Shown one piece after another: positions 1-6,686 of a stretch of 7,703 bases of DNA. The position numbers and the translations under genes are program-made. Each line of letters starts with the position of its first letter. Position 1 is the first letter of the stretch. Source of the DNA: a virus. The notes beneath the pieces are model-generated. The model saw nothing but the letters and a program-made list of their open reading frames with translations. It was not told where the DNA came from and did not search any database. Where the stretch lies: the IMG/VR virus record IMGVR_UViG_3300008251_000129. One strand, written 5' to 3'.

Positions 1-6
1 ATACTT

Positions 7-36
7 CGTTCGTGGGCTTCGCCGATTTTACTCTCT
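7..36 (+). repeat. Direct repeat copy A, core CGTTCGTGGGCTTCGC followed by a T/A-rich CTCTC tail (duplicated at 7587..7616)
   Basis: The 16-nt core at 7..22 matches 55..70 at 15/16 positions. Both copies are followed by a short AT stretch and then CTCTC. Confidence 0.8.
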
Positions 37-54
37 GCGTATGGCACCTAGAAT

Positions 55-81
55 CGTTCGAGGGCTTCGCTATTATCTCTC
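55..81 (+). repeat. Direct repeat copy B, core CGTTCGAGGGCTTCGC (duplicated at 7635..7661)
   Basis: Starts 48 bp after copy A. A degenerate third copy (TTCGTGGG-ATGCTAT) lies at 7345..7359. Confidence 0.8.
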
Positions 82-91
82 ACGACTCAAG

Positions 92-120
92 GCTAAACAT
101 AAGTGTGCATTATGCGCAGT
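92..120 (-). other. dif-like XerC/XerD recombination site (candidate attP)
   Basis: The minus-strand reading is ACTGCGCATAA TGCACAC TTATGTTTAGC, against E. coli dif GGTGCGCATAA TGTATA TTATGTTAAAT. The XerC arm matches 9/11 and the XerD arm 8/11, with a 7-nt spacer. It lies 7 nt downstream of the last phage gene. Confidence 0.7.
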
Positions 121-126
121 TAGCTT

Positions 127-447
127 CTAAGACCTTTTAAATAATGAATCAGTTAATAACTTTTTAAGCTGTTTCAAATTATGTGGTTTCATCATCTCAG
201 TATAGAAATCATCTACCAACTGCTTTTGTTCCTCTTCTGATAATGACTGAATATAATTAATAAACTCTTGCTCTGTTGAGTCTGTTTTTTGTTTATGTAA
301 ATTTGTTTTGCGCTCACCTCTATAGTTAAGCCATGTAAAAAAATCACGGATAAAACTAAAAACAAACCAAGCAACAAAAAATATTGCTATCAAGCACAGC
401 GGATTAAAACCGCTGTAATCGCGTAAATCGGTAAAGTTAATACTCAT
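127..447 (-). CDS. 106-aa membrane protein of unknown function, last gene of the minus-strand operon (accessory or cargo position)
   Basis: ATG preceded by AAGGA with a 7-nt spacing. One N-terminal transmembrane segment (PLCLIAIFFVAWFVFSFI) followed by a charged K/E-rich tail. I recognise no motif. Confidence 0.75.
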   Translation of the reverse strand: MSINFTDLRDYSGFNPLCLIAIFFVAWFVFSFIRDFFTWLNYRGERKTNLHKQKTDSTEQEFINYIQSLSEEEQKQLVDDFYTEMMKPHNLKQLKKLLTDSLFKRS

Positions 448-466
448 GTGACAATCCTTTTGATGC

Positions 467-483
467 AGGATAATTTCTATCCT
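467..483. promoter_or_regulatory. Palindrome AGGATA-5nt-TATCCT in the 65-nt gap between gI and the 106-aa ORF
   Basis: Six-bp perfect arms read by eye, sitting just upstream of the Shine-Dalgarno sequence of the 106-aa ORF. Function unknown. Confidence 0.35.
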
Positions 484-512
484 CGTTCTCAGTCTTCGAC
501 TCGGCGTAGAAA

Positions 513-1961
513 TTACTCTGCATCAGTTAAATTAAAAGCAGATAAAAAATCAGTTTGTTCTGATACTTCATCATGTGAATTATTAAAATCATCAGGTTCA
601 TTGTCTTCAATAAATTCACGTTTAGCACGCTGGTTAAAGACACAAAAAATCGTTGTATCTGTTAGATTATTCTTTAAGGCCACAAGTCCATCATCAACAA
701 ACCTAACAAACCAACCAATTGATTTCAAATCATCACTATTTAATTGAATTGTTGTTTCTCGACCGTCTTCTGGTGGGAACGTCAATTCAAAAATGTATAA
801 GGATGGGTGAGCGTAACCAGTTAAATATATTGATTTAGCATTAAACGGCAACATTAAATCACTAACGAACTCATTCCCAGTAGAAGCATTCGCAAGCAAA
901 GCAAAACGCATACGAACACCATCACTTTTATCATCAATGCCTTTGTTATTCGGAATGCTATCGATAGAATTTTTCTTAGGAGTTTTAAGATCCAAAGAAT
1001 TAGACTTTTTAATGGTTTTAATATCCTCAGTAACGGGCTGAACGGCTTCAATAACCGCTTCATTCTGTTTTTCAAGCGGGTTACTTTCCCGAGTAAGTAC
1101 ATCATAAAGCGTGACGAAAAAGAAAGATAATGAGACAAGTACCACCCCCAAAACTGCTAATAAAGCAGGAGATTTTAATGGATTAGAACCCTCACCAGAT
1201 TTAGTGAAAGTATTAGTTTGTGTAGATTTATAACAAAGATGAACCTCAACAGGCACATAGATTGACGTGCAATCCTGTTTCTTGGTTGTAATACCATTAG
1301 ACTTAGGATTATGTTCAAAAATACGTGGTCTTCTTTTAGTTACAAAGAATGAATCTCTTGAACGATGTGAATAAGCAACCTCTGCACACGCCCTAACATT
1401 TGATGATATTTGTGTAATGTCAGGTGTACCAAAAACAATATCCCAATTGTATTTTCGGTGGCGTTCGAAGGAGTCTTCTAAGGTATCAGGTCTAATAATT
1501 GTACCGTCTTCATTAAAACGTAAATCACCAGTATCGTCAGTATCACCCTCGTCAAACTCTTCAGCTTTAATTAATGCCTTTTGTTGTTCAAAAAGCTCTT
1601 TTACAATAACGGGCAATTCATCTTCAAAATCTTCAAAGGGTCTAAGTAACAAACCACCTTTAAACTTGTTGTTATAAATAGATTGAACTTCATCAATGAC
1701 AATCAATGCACCCAAAGGAACCCAAGAGAACCAGTTTTGCCACAAATCTTTTTTAGATTTCTTCAATGACCCCAAACGAACCAAACGAGCAGTATCAGGG
1801 AACTTAATACCTAATGATTTTTCAATGTGAGAAAGAGGATAAATACCCTCCATATTGGTGAAAACAATACGCCCTGCTTTCAACCCCTCAATAATATGAA
1901 ACCAAACAATGATAGCGGATTTATAAGAACCATTAGGGCCATGACGAAACAAGATAGCCAT
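513..1961 (-). CDS. zot: Phage assembly ATPase, gI / Zot family (P-loop NTPase with C-terminal membrane anchor and periplasmic domain)
   Basis: N-terminal Walker A GPNGSYKS (compare Zot GAPGSYKT). Walker B LIVIDEVQ. The block HRKYNWDIVFGTPDITQISSNVRACAEVAYSHR resembles M13 gpI ARKLGWDIIFLVQDLSIVDKQARSALAEHVVYCR. Transmembrane segment ALLAVLGVVLVSLSFFFVTLY near residue 266. The start codon overlaps the gVI stop as TAATG. Confidence 0.9.
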   Translation of the reverse strand: MAILFRHGPNGSYKSAIIVWFHIIEGLKAGRIVFTNMEGIYPLSHIEKSLGIKFPDTARLVRLGSLKKSKKDLWQNWFSWVPLGALIVIDEVQSIYNNKFKGGLLLRPFEDFEDELPVIVKELFEQQKALIKAEEFDEGDTDDTGDLRFNEDGTIIRPDTLEDSFERHRKYNWDIVFGTPDITQISSNVRACAEVAYSHRSRDSFFVTKRRPRIFEHNPKSNGITTKKQDCTSIYVPVEVHLCYKSTQTNTFTKSGEGSNPLKSPALLAVLGVVLVSLSFFFVTLYDVLTRESNPLEKQNEAVIEAVQPVTEDIKTIKKSNSLDLKTPKKNSIDSIPNNKGIDDKSDGVRMRFALLANASTGNEFVSDLMLPFNAKSIYLTGYAHPSLYIFELTFPPEDGRETTIQLNSDDLKSIGWFVRFVDDGLVALKNNLTDTTIFCVFNQRAKREFIEDNEPDDFNNSHDEVSEQTDFLSAFNLTDAE

Positions 1962-2362
1962 TATTTAACCCCCATGAAATTCAAAACAAAACGAGTCGTA
2001 CCACATTCAATTAAGAATTGAACCATGTTGGGAATATCGTACAAATTCATATAATGACCGATTTTAGGCGGGATATTAGAAAAAACATCATTCACAATAC
2101 TAGTGACATTCAAATCAACAAGTAACGCCTTAGCCGTACCCATTGCAATTTGCATCATCCATATTTGAAACTCTATTTTACCTAACGTGAAATACAAAAT
2201 GATATTTGCAAACATGCGCTCAAAAAAAGATGGAATACCATAAAAAGCATCACGAATATCAGTTATATTTTGACCAATAGACTCAAAAAAGCCCACTTCA
2301 TCGGCAGCGAACACGCCCGAGCTAACCAGTAATAACGGGATGATATAGATTAATTTATTCAA
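1961..2362 (-). CDS. gVI-like minor coat / virion-cap membrane protein (assigned by position and hydrophobicity)
   Basis: Lies between gIII and gI as in all inoviruses. Has hydrophobic segments. TTG start preceded by AGGAG at 7 nt, overlapping the gIII stop as TTGA. Confidence 0.7.
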   Translation of the reverse strand: MNKLIYIIPLLLVSSGVFAADEVGFFESIGQNITDIRDAFYGIPSFFERMFANIILYFTLGKIEFQIWMMQIAMGTAKALLVDLNVTSIVNDVFSNIPPKIGHYMNLYDIPNMVQFLIECGTTRFVLNFMGVK

Positions 2363-4044
2363 AATTTAACTCCTAAGACAATTAAGAAACCAGTCACGCC
2401 AATCATGAACCAGAGAATATGTTGAATACCAAATTCAGTAGAAAACTTCTCAAGCCAATGAGAGCCTAAATCTAAATTAACGCCTTTTATATCAACCATG
2501 TTAGGCACATAACCACTATCAGAAACGGTCAAACTACCAGTAGAAAAAACACCTTTTACTTCATCCATTAAAGCCTGCAAGTCCCCTTTTGAACTTTCGA
2601 TTTTTCCCTCAATAGCTGTAATAGTTTCAGCACCTAATACCTCAGCAAAAGGATCGCTTCCAGTAGTAGGCAAGTTATAATTCTTTACCTCTGTTTCTCC
2701 ACCTAAACTTTCTAAACCTGCTTTAATATCATCAAGCTTTCCATCTCTTTTAGCGTCACGTTCAGCTTGTCTATCAGCTAGTGATTGTTCTCTTGCTGTT
2801 AAATCATCAACAGAGTTTTTTACTTTTCCTAAACCAGTAGAAACTGCCCCACCTAATTCATCTAAGTTTTTTGATAAGTCTGTTGAGGCTTTCCTTATAT
2901 CTCCCTGTATGCCAGAAAGTAATTTTTCACTTGTTGTATTACTTGCATCAACAGGGGTTAAAGTATCAGGATTAAAATCTTCATTTGGTGTAATTGGAGA
3001 GGCAAAAATTGAATCTGAAATACAATAGAATTCATCGTCAACATATCCACAACCATCGGGATAAGTCCCATCAGGGTTAATATGCTTGGTTTCATCCTGT
3101 GGACAATATGAAGTGCCGTTTATTTTTCTACAAGAGCCCTCAACGCTTGGATCAAATTGAGAATCTTCTGGTAAATCAAAATCAGGCTTTTGATAATCAC
3201 TAGGGTCATCACCAAAACAAACAAAATTCTGTTTACCGCTTACAGAATCAGTAACACTTCCACAACCAGGCTGACAAACACCACTAGAACTACAAACATC
3301 ATTAGAATCAACAAGGCAAACAGTGGTTGAAAATCCATTGCTTAGATATGGCTTACAAATTGGTTCGGGAGGTGGCTCTGGCAAATCGGGAAGCTCAGGT
3401 AAATTATTAGTAGCACAATCAGGCCAAGAAGGTTTTTGTTTCATATTTAAACCTGTCTCACCACATTTATCATATGGAATTGTAGGGGTAATACGGGCGC
3501 AAACACTAGAAGATTCAAATTCAGGATCACCTAAATAACCATCATTACAGATCTTAATCCTACAAACATTTTCACTTAAATTATTTAAATCTGGTATTAA
3601 ATCAGGATAGTTATCATCATCACAGAAGGGACCTGTTTCATATGTGCCTGTATATTTAAGCTGTTCACCGCCTGTCTGGTAATAACAACTTTTGGCACTA
3701 TAACAAAGTGTCCAGTTTGCACTCAAATATGCATAAGTTGAAGCGTCACTGCGAGTTTTAACTCCATCAATTAATGAAAACGGAGGGGATAAGTCTTCTG
3801 TTCTCCATGAAAAGCCTTTTATTCTCGCATCTTCTAAAATTTTTAATTTCCATTGTTCTTTGACACTTGAAGCACATTCAAACATTGTATGACCGCGCCC
3901 CGTAATGGCTTTTGAATCGATTGAGCAAGTAACACCTATTTCTATCATTGGTTGTTTACAATTATTTAAGTTTTCAGCACAAACATTTGCATATATATCT
4001 AAACTAAAAAAAAGAGCTGTAAAAACAGCCAAGTATCTAACCAT
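2359..4044 (-). CDS. gIII-like adsorption / minor coat protein (561 aa from ATG 4044)
   Basis: ATG at 4044 is preceded by GGAG at 8 nt and opens a signal peptide MVRYLAVFTALFFSLDIYA. There are 22 Cys in the N-terminal two thirds and a proline linker LPELPDLPEPPPEP. The C-terminal membrane anchor is ILWFMIGVTGFLIVLGV. Its position after gVIII is canonical. The ORF-track start at 4128 is a TTG with no ribosome-binding site. Confidence 0.85.
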   Translation of the reverse strand: MVRYLAVFTALFFSLDIYANVCAENLNNCKQPMIEIGVTCSIDSKAITGRGHTMFECASSVKEQWKLKILEDARIKGFSWRTEDLSPPFSLIDGVKTRSDASTYAYLSANWTLCYSAKSCYYQTGGEQLKYTGTYETGPFCDDDNYPDLIPDLNNLSENVCRIKICNDGYLGDPEFESSSVCARITPTIPYDKCGETGLNMKQKPSWPDCATNNLPELPDLPEPPPEPICKPYLSNGFSTTVCLVDSNDVCSSSGVCQPGCGSVTDSVSGKQNFVCFGDDPSDYQKPDFDLPEDSQFDPSVEGSCRKINGTSYCPQDETKHINPDGTYPDGCGYVDDEFYCISDSIFASPITPNEDFNPDTLTPVDASNTTSEKLLSGIQGDIRKASTDLSKNLDELGGAVSTGLGKVKNSVDDLTAREQSLADRQAERDAKRDGKLDDIKAGLESLGGETEVKNYNLPTTGSDPFAEVLGAETITAIEGKIESSKGDLQALMDEVKGVFSTGSLTVSDSGYVPNMVDIKGVNLDLGSHWLEKFSTEFGIQHILWFMIGVTGFLIVLGVKF

Positions 4045-4090
4045 TTTTACAACTCCAAAAAACGAAAAAAGTACAAAAAGTTTAATTTTA

Positions 4091-4171
4091 TTAAGCGGAA
4101 ACAACGCCAGAGTAAACACCAAGGGCAAAAACTAAACCAATGGTGCAACCTAAAATTATCCCAAGAAACAC
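4091..4171 (-). CDS. Candidate 26-codon hydrophobic peptide (V/M)FLGIILGCTIGLVFALGVYSGVVSA, possible gVII/gIX-type minor virion protein
   Basis: Not in the ORF track because it is too short. GTG directly follows the gVIII TAA stop (TAAGTG). The peptide is entirely one transmembrane-like segment. It fills the otherwise empty gVIII-gIII gap. Confidence 0.35.
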   Translation of the reverse strand: MFLGIILGCTIGLVFALGVYSGVVSA

Positions 4172-4390
4172 TTACTTTTTAAGCCAGTAAAGAATCATAC
4201 CTACACCGAACATAATGCCCGCAAGACTGATTAAAGCCGTTGCAAGTAATGTTTGGTTTGTATTAGCAGCTGCAGATAAAGCCGCAATATCAGCAGCTAA
4301 ATCAGCTTTTGCTACAGCAGACATACCTAGAAAACTAGAAGCAACTGCAACTTTAGCGCCGTACTTTTTAGCCATTTTACGTAATTTCAT
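4172..4390 (-). CDS. gVIII: Major coat protein, gVIII type (72-aa precursor, predicted 43-aa mature)
   Basis: Signal peptide ending AKA|D. Mature peptide has an acidic N-terminus (DLAADIAAL), a hydrophobic core (LISLAGIMFGVGMILYW) and a basic C-terminus (LKK). AAGGA Shine-Dalgarno at 5 nt. Confidence 0.9.
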   Translation of the reverse strand: MKLRKMAKKYGAKVAVASSFLGMSAVAKADLAADIAALSAAANTNQTLLATALISLAGIMFGVGMILYWLKK

Positions 4391-4412
4391 AAAAATCCTT
4401 ATTTAATAAAAG

Positions 4413-4625
4413 TTATTTCCTCCCAAGCCATTTGAGGAATCGCCCCAAAACATGACCAGAGAAAAAGGTAGTTAGTAAGACACCATCTACTTGCAAAGCA
4501 ACAGCGGTATCTAACTCAGTTAATGGATTACTTACGGGTTGTTCGTAAGCTATCCAATTCGTTGTACCCGAACATGTTCCACTTGGTAATATTGGTTCAC
4601 TACAAACCAGAACATATTCAGTCAT
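4413..4625 (-). CDS. 70-aa small protein with hydrophobic C-terminal segment and basic tail, possible minor virion protein (gVII/gIX positional analogue)
   Basis: Lies between gV and gVIII, where Ff phages encode gVII and gIX. The C-terminus VLLTTFFSGHVLGRFLKWLGRK is coat-like. The start is 3 nt after the gV stop. Confidence 0.65.
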   Translation of the reverse strand: MTEYVLVCSEPILPSGTCSGTTNWIAYEQPVSNPLTELDTAVALQVDGVLLTTFFSGHVLGRFLKWLGRK

Positions 4626-4628
4626 TTG

Positions 4629-4964
4629 TTAAGCACTCTTTTTATGCTGATTTGTTTCATCACGTACAAAGCCAACACAGATAGATTTTTGAATATCTTT
4701 AGGGTCTGGCTGTAAAACTAGAGTTACTTTTTCACCAAAACGCATCATTGCCATTTCAGGCCAGATAGCAGGGTCAGGAGTAAAACCAATAGTCGCAACA
4801 TCAAAGCCAGCTTCCTTACGTTCCATATATCCATTTTTAAAATGAGGAGTACATGGTTTTAAGTAAGTAATATTTGCAAATTCATAAGGTGAACCTTTAC
4901 CCTTATCAGAAGTGCCTTTCATGTGAGTAATACCAATAACGATTACAGTAATTTCTTGTGACAT
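4629..4964 (-). CDS. gV: ssDNA-binding protein, gV-like
   Basis: Canonical position. The motif KGTSDKGKGSPYEF resembles the DNA-binding loop of M13 gpV (RSGVSRQGKPYSL). AAGGA Shine-Dalgarno at 7 nt. Confidence 0.75.
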   Translation of the reverse strand: MSQEITVIVIGITHMKGTSDKGKGSPYEFANITYLKPCTPHFKNGYMERKEAGFDVATIGFTPDPAIWPEMAMMRFGEKVTLVLQPDPKDIQKSICVGFVRDETNQHKKSA

Positions 4965-4975
4965 TTTCTTATCCT

Positions 4976-5281
4976 TTAGTTTGAGTGAATAACAGGCTGA
5001 CCATTATTTTTCATGAATTTAAAATGGCTCAACCTTGTTTCTTGATTAAAAATTCCTTTGAAGCGTAAGCCCCCTGCTCTTGGTGAGCGATTAGCAACTG
5101 AATCAAAATCTTGTTTTGTTGCGGTAACTATTTCGTGACAACATTCACAACGGGCAACACCTAACTTAAGGTAAAAGTCTTGGCGTTCGTGGCAGTTACC
5201 ACAGTGAATATCTTCAATATGGTAAAGTTCATCAGCATATTGGTAATCAGTCATATCTATTGAAAGTTGAGATTCATGCAT
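4976..5281 (-). CDS. 101-aa zinc-ribbon protein of unknown function (CxxC...CxCC)
   Basis: Contains CGNCH (residues 27-31) and CECCH (residues 45-49). The start codon overlaps the gII stop (TAATG), implying translational coupling. Ff phages have no counterpart between gII and gV. Confidence 0.75.
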   Translation of the reverse strand: MHESQLSIDMTDYQYADELYHIEDIHCGNCHERQDFYLKLGVARCECCHEIVTATKQDFDSVANRSPRAGGLRFKGIFNQETRLSHFKFMKNNGQPVIHSN

Positions 5282-5661
5282 TAGAAATTAACCACTTTAA
5301 GAGGACGAATATCAAAATCTACATGTTCGAGATTTGAAACGGGTTCAACGTACCAGTTAGGGCGTTGAGCAGAAAAATCAATTTCGATAGCTTTACAAAA
5401 TGGGATAATGTTCGTTTGAGAATCGGCAGATAAATTTTGAAGTTGAGCTTTGCTCATACCAGTTCCCTCAATCAAAGAATCAAGCATGCGTTTAAATGTT
5501 TGGCGAGAAGTCATAGAGCGATAAACTTTATCGTAACCCTCGTTAAGCAAGCGCATGTAATACGCATAAACACGATCTGCTTTTGCGTAAGAAAAACCTT
5601 TTTTAGTTTTAGTGAAAAAAACTTTTTTTAATTTGTCGTGAACCTTATCTTCATTTTGCAT
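5281..5661 (-). CDS. gX: Candidate gX-like protein: in-frame internal start within gII (C-terminal 126 aa)
   Basis: Met314 (GEGVNMQNED) aligns with the M13 gX start (EGDSMNIYDD). It is preceded by GGTGAGGGTGTAAAT, i.e. GAGG at 8 nt, comparable to GAGGGGGATTCA before M13 gX. Confidence 0.55.
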   Translation of the reverse strand: MQNEDKVHDKLKKVFFTKTKKGFSYAKADRVYAYYMRLLNEGYDKVYRSMTSRQTFKRMLDSLIEGTGMSKAQLQNLSADSQTNIIPFCKAIEIDFSAQRPNWYVEPVSNLEHVDFDIRPLKVVNF

Positions 5662-6600
5662 ATTTACACCCTCACCTTTCAGCGCCTCTAACAATGGTTG
5701 GAACGAGGCATTCCAAAGGGCTTCAATTAAGCAAACCCCATCTTTTAACATTTTCTTTTGTAGGCGAACCCAATCACTTAATAAAGTTGGGTACCCCATT
5801 CTTTTAAACCAATCTTTTTTTAATCGCGCCTCAAAGCGCACGAGCCCATCAGACCAAAGCAATAATTTTTCATCTTTTAAAACTGCTAAACGTTTTTGTA
5901 AGTCAGCATTAGAAGGATTTTTACCTAATTGAAAATCAAGCTTTGAAATCTCGTTTTGTACTTCTGAATATTTTAAATACACTTTTAAAACACGTTTTTT
6001 AGAAGTCATAGAAGTTAAATAAGTCGTGGTTTCAAAATCAGATGAATGGACAGAACGACGCATTTGACCGTTAGCCACATTGCGTAAAAATTTGATAAAT
6101 GAAAGTTGGTGAGAGCTTTCTTTAAGTCTTGCTGAATAAGTTGCATCAATAATATCAACCGTTGTTCTAGGCCAATCAATTGCATCAACTAAATCAGGGT
6201 AAGCCTCTTGGAGACTGCGAAGCATGTGAAAAGATCCATTTTCAATACTTGTAGAACCAAAAACATTATGACCTTGCATGATTTTCGCAGGACTTGCTTT
6301 AATTTCTAAACGAGGGTCGCCCATTGAATTTGAATCCCAAATTTTCATAGCGATACCAGAGAACGAACTAGGCAAAGATTCCCAAGGAGTATTAAGTTCG
6401 ATGTGGTCAACCTTGTAACCTTTCCCACCTTTCAAACCATCCCAACATTCAACATAACTAATTCTTCGAGCGGAAAGATTGAAGCCAAAAACAGAAAGCA
6501 TCTCAAATTTTAAATGGCGCTCACCAGACTCACATACCGTTAAGTATTCATCTTTAAAAAACACTGATAATTTTAAATAATCAATCATTTTCGAGTCCAT
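5281..6600 (-). CDS. gII: Rolling-circle replication initiator (nickase), homologue of Ff gene II protein
   Basis: Multiple blocks match my recall of M13 gpII. These are NLSARRISY/NLSARTVEY, WESLPSSFSGIAMKIW/FESLPTHYSGIAFKIY and EIKASPAKIMQGHNVFG/EIKASPAKVLQGHNVFG. Further blocks are IDATYSAR/IDATFSAR, LRNVANGQ/LRNVSNGQ, GLVRFEARLK/GLVRFEARIK, LLNEGYDKV/LVNEGYDSV and DFSAQRPNWYVEPV/DFSSQRPDWYNEPV. An alternative start is ATG 6588 (MIDYL, aligning with M13 MIDML). Confidence 0.93.
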   Translation of the reverse strand: MDSKMIDYLKLSVFFKDEYLTVCESGERHLKFEMLSVFGFNLSARRISYVECWDGLKGGKGYKVDHIELNTPWESLPSSFSGIAMKIWDSNSMGDPRLEIKASPAKIMQGHNVFGSTSIENGSFHMLRSLQEAYPDLVDAIDWPRTTVDIIDATYSARLKESSHQLSFIKFLRNVANGQMRRSVHSSDFETTTYLTSMTSKKRVLKVYLKYSEVQNEISKLDFQLGKNPSNADLQKRLAVLKDEKLLLWSDGLVRFEARLKKDWFKRMGYPTLLSDWVRLQKKMLKDGVCLIEALWNASFQPLLEALKGEGVNMQNEDKVHDKLKKVFFTKTKKGFSYAKADRVYAYYMRLLNEGYDKVYRSMTSRQTFKRMLDSLIEGTGMSKAQLQNLSADSQTNIIPFCKAIEIDFSAQRPNWYVEPVSNLEHVDFDIRPLKVVNF

Positions 6601-6649
6601 TCTAAGTTTCTAAGAAATTAGTTTATGAGGGCATCTTAGATTCTTAGAA
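6601..6649. promoter_or_regulatory. Operator-like array: two TCTAAG(A) hexamers (6601..6615) inverted against two TCTTAGA heptamers (6635..6649), containing a perfect 12-bp inverted repeat AGTTTCTAAGAA (6605..6616) / TTCTTAGAAACT (6641..6652)
   Basis: Read by eye. It lies between the divergent gII and regulator genes and overlaps the predicted gII promoter -10 and spacer. Confidence 0.65.
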
Positions 6650-6661
6650 ACTAATAGTCAA
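6633..6661 (-). promoter_or_regulatory. Predicted sigma70-type promoter for gII: -35 TTGACT (6661..6656), 17-nt spacer, -10 TAAGAT (6638..6633)
   Basis: 5/6 and 4/6 matches to consensus with optimal spacing. It is about 30 nt upstream of the gII ATG. Confidence 0.55.
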
Positions 6662-6680
6662 AGAAAATAATTTATTTGTT

Positions 6681-6686
6681 TATAAT
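6681..6686 (+). promoter_or_regulatory. Perfect -10 hexamer TATAAT upstream of the plus-strand regulator gene (weak -35)
   Basis: TATAAT sits 32 nt before ATG 6718. There is no good -35; the nearest candidate, TAGTCA, is 20 nt away. It is back-to-back with the gII promoter. Confidence 0.4.

Larger units (their letters stand above)
1..123. repeat. Terminal redundancy copy 1 (identical to 7581..7703); circularisation overlap
   Basis: Read by eye: atacttcgttcgtgggcttcgcc...tatgcgcagttag occurs at both ends with no mismatch. Confidence 0.95.

Noticed and set aside
7-81. Direct repeats as a CRISPR array
   Set aside because: There are only two good copies. The cores are 16 nt with a 32-nt gap, and there is no further periodic array or cas context.
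1-123. Terminal repeat as a biological DTR, LTR or IS end
   Set aside because: The repeats are direct and exact, and they sit at the contig ends of a phage type with circular ssDNA. They carry part of the dif-like site and the internal repeats, which then occur once per genome. This is consistent with circular-assembly overlap.
102-129. Plus-orientation reading of the dif-like locus (AGTGTGCATTA-TGCGCA-GTTAGCTTCTA)
   Set aside because: The XerC-like arm matches V. cholerae dif1 at 10/11, but the would-be XerD arm matches only about 3/11. The minus-orientation reading has both arms. The quasi-palindromic XerC region explains the double hit.
448-747. 99-aa plus-strand ORF
   Set aside because: It is mostly antisense to the 3' end of gI. 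The product is Ser-rich and low-complexity, and there is no RBS. It is most likely an antisense-frame artefact.
854-1138. 94-aa minus-strand ORF in an alternative frame inside gI
   Set aside because: It is fully embedded in the well-supported gI/Zot frame. The Leu/Lys-rich translation is typical of off-frame reading of AT-rich coding DNA.
513-1240. Internal gXI-like start within gI
   Set aside because: There is no Met codon between residues 37 and 351, so no ATG precedes the transmembrane segment as in M13 gXI. An alternative start codon cannot be excluded, but nothing supports one.
513-1961. Calling the gI/Zot homologue an enterotoxin
   Set aside because: Zot-family membership reflects the conserved assembly ATPase. 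Toxin activity of V. cholerae Zot depends on a specific C-terminal fragment, which I cannot recognise here.
1417-2021. Plus-strand ORFs 1417..1677 and 1827..2021
   Set aside because: They are antisense to gI (and to the gVI/gI junction). Neither has an RBS, and both have low-complexity products.
4045-4128. N-terminal 28-aa extension of the gIII ORF
   Set aside because: It starts at a TTG without a Shine-Dalgarno sequence. The downstream ATG 4044 has GGAG and begins a proper signal peptide.
3323-4135. Plus-strand ORFs 3323..3538 and 3905..4135
   Set aside because: They are antisense to gIII. The Gly/Ser-rich stretch mirrors the proline linker on the coding strand, and there are no translation signals.
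4215-4406. 63-aa plus-strand ORF
   Set aside because: It is antisense to the Ala-rich major coat gene. GCN-rich codons read as Ala-rich on both strands, so this is an expected artefact.
5437-5631. 64-aa plus-strand ORF
   Set aside because: It is antisense to the strongly supported gII homologue.
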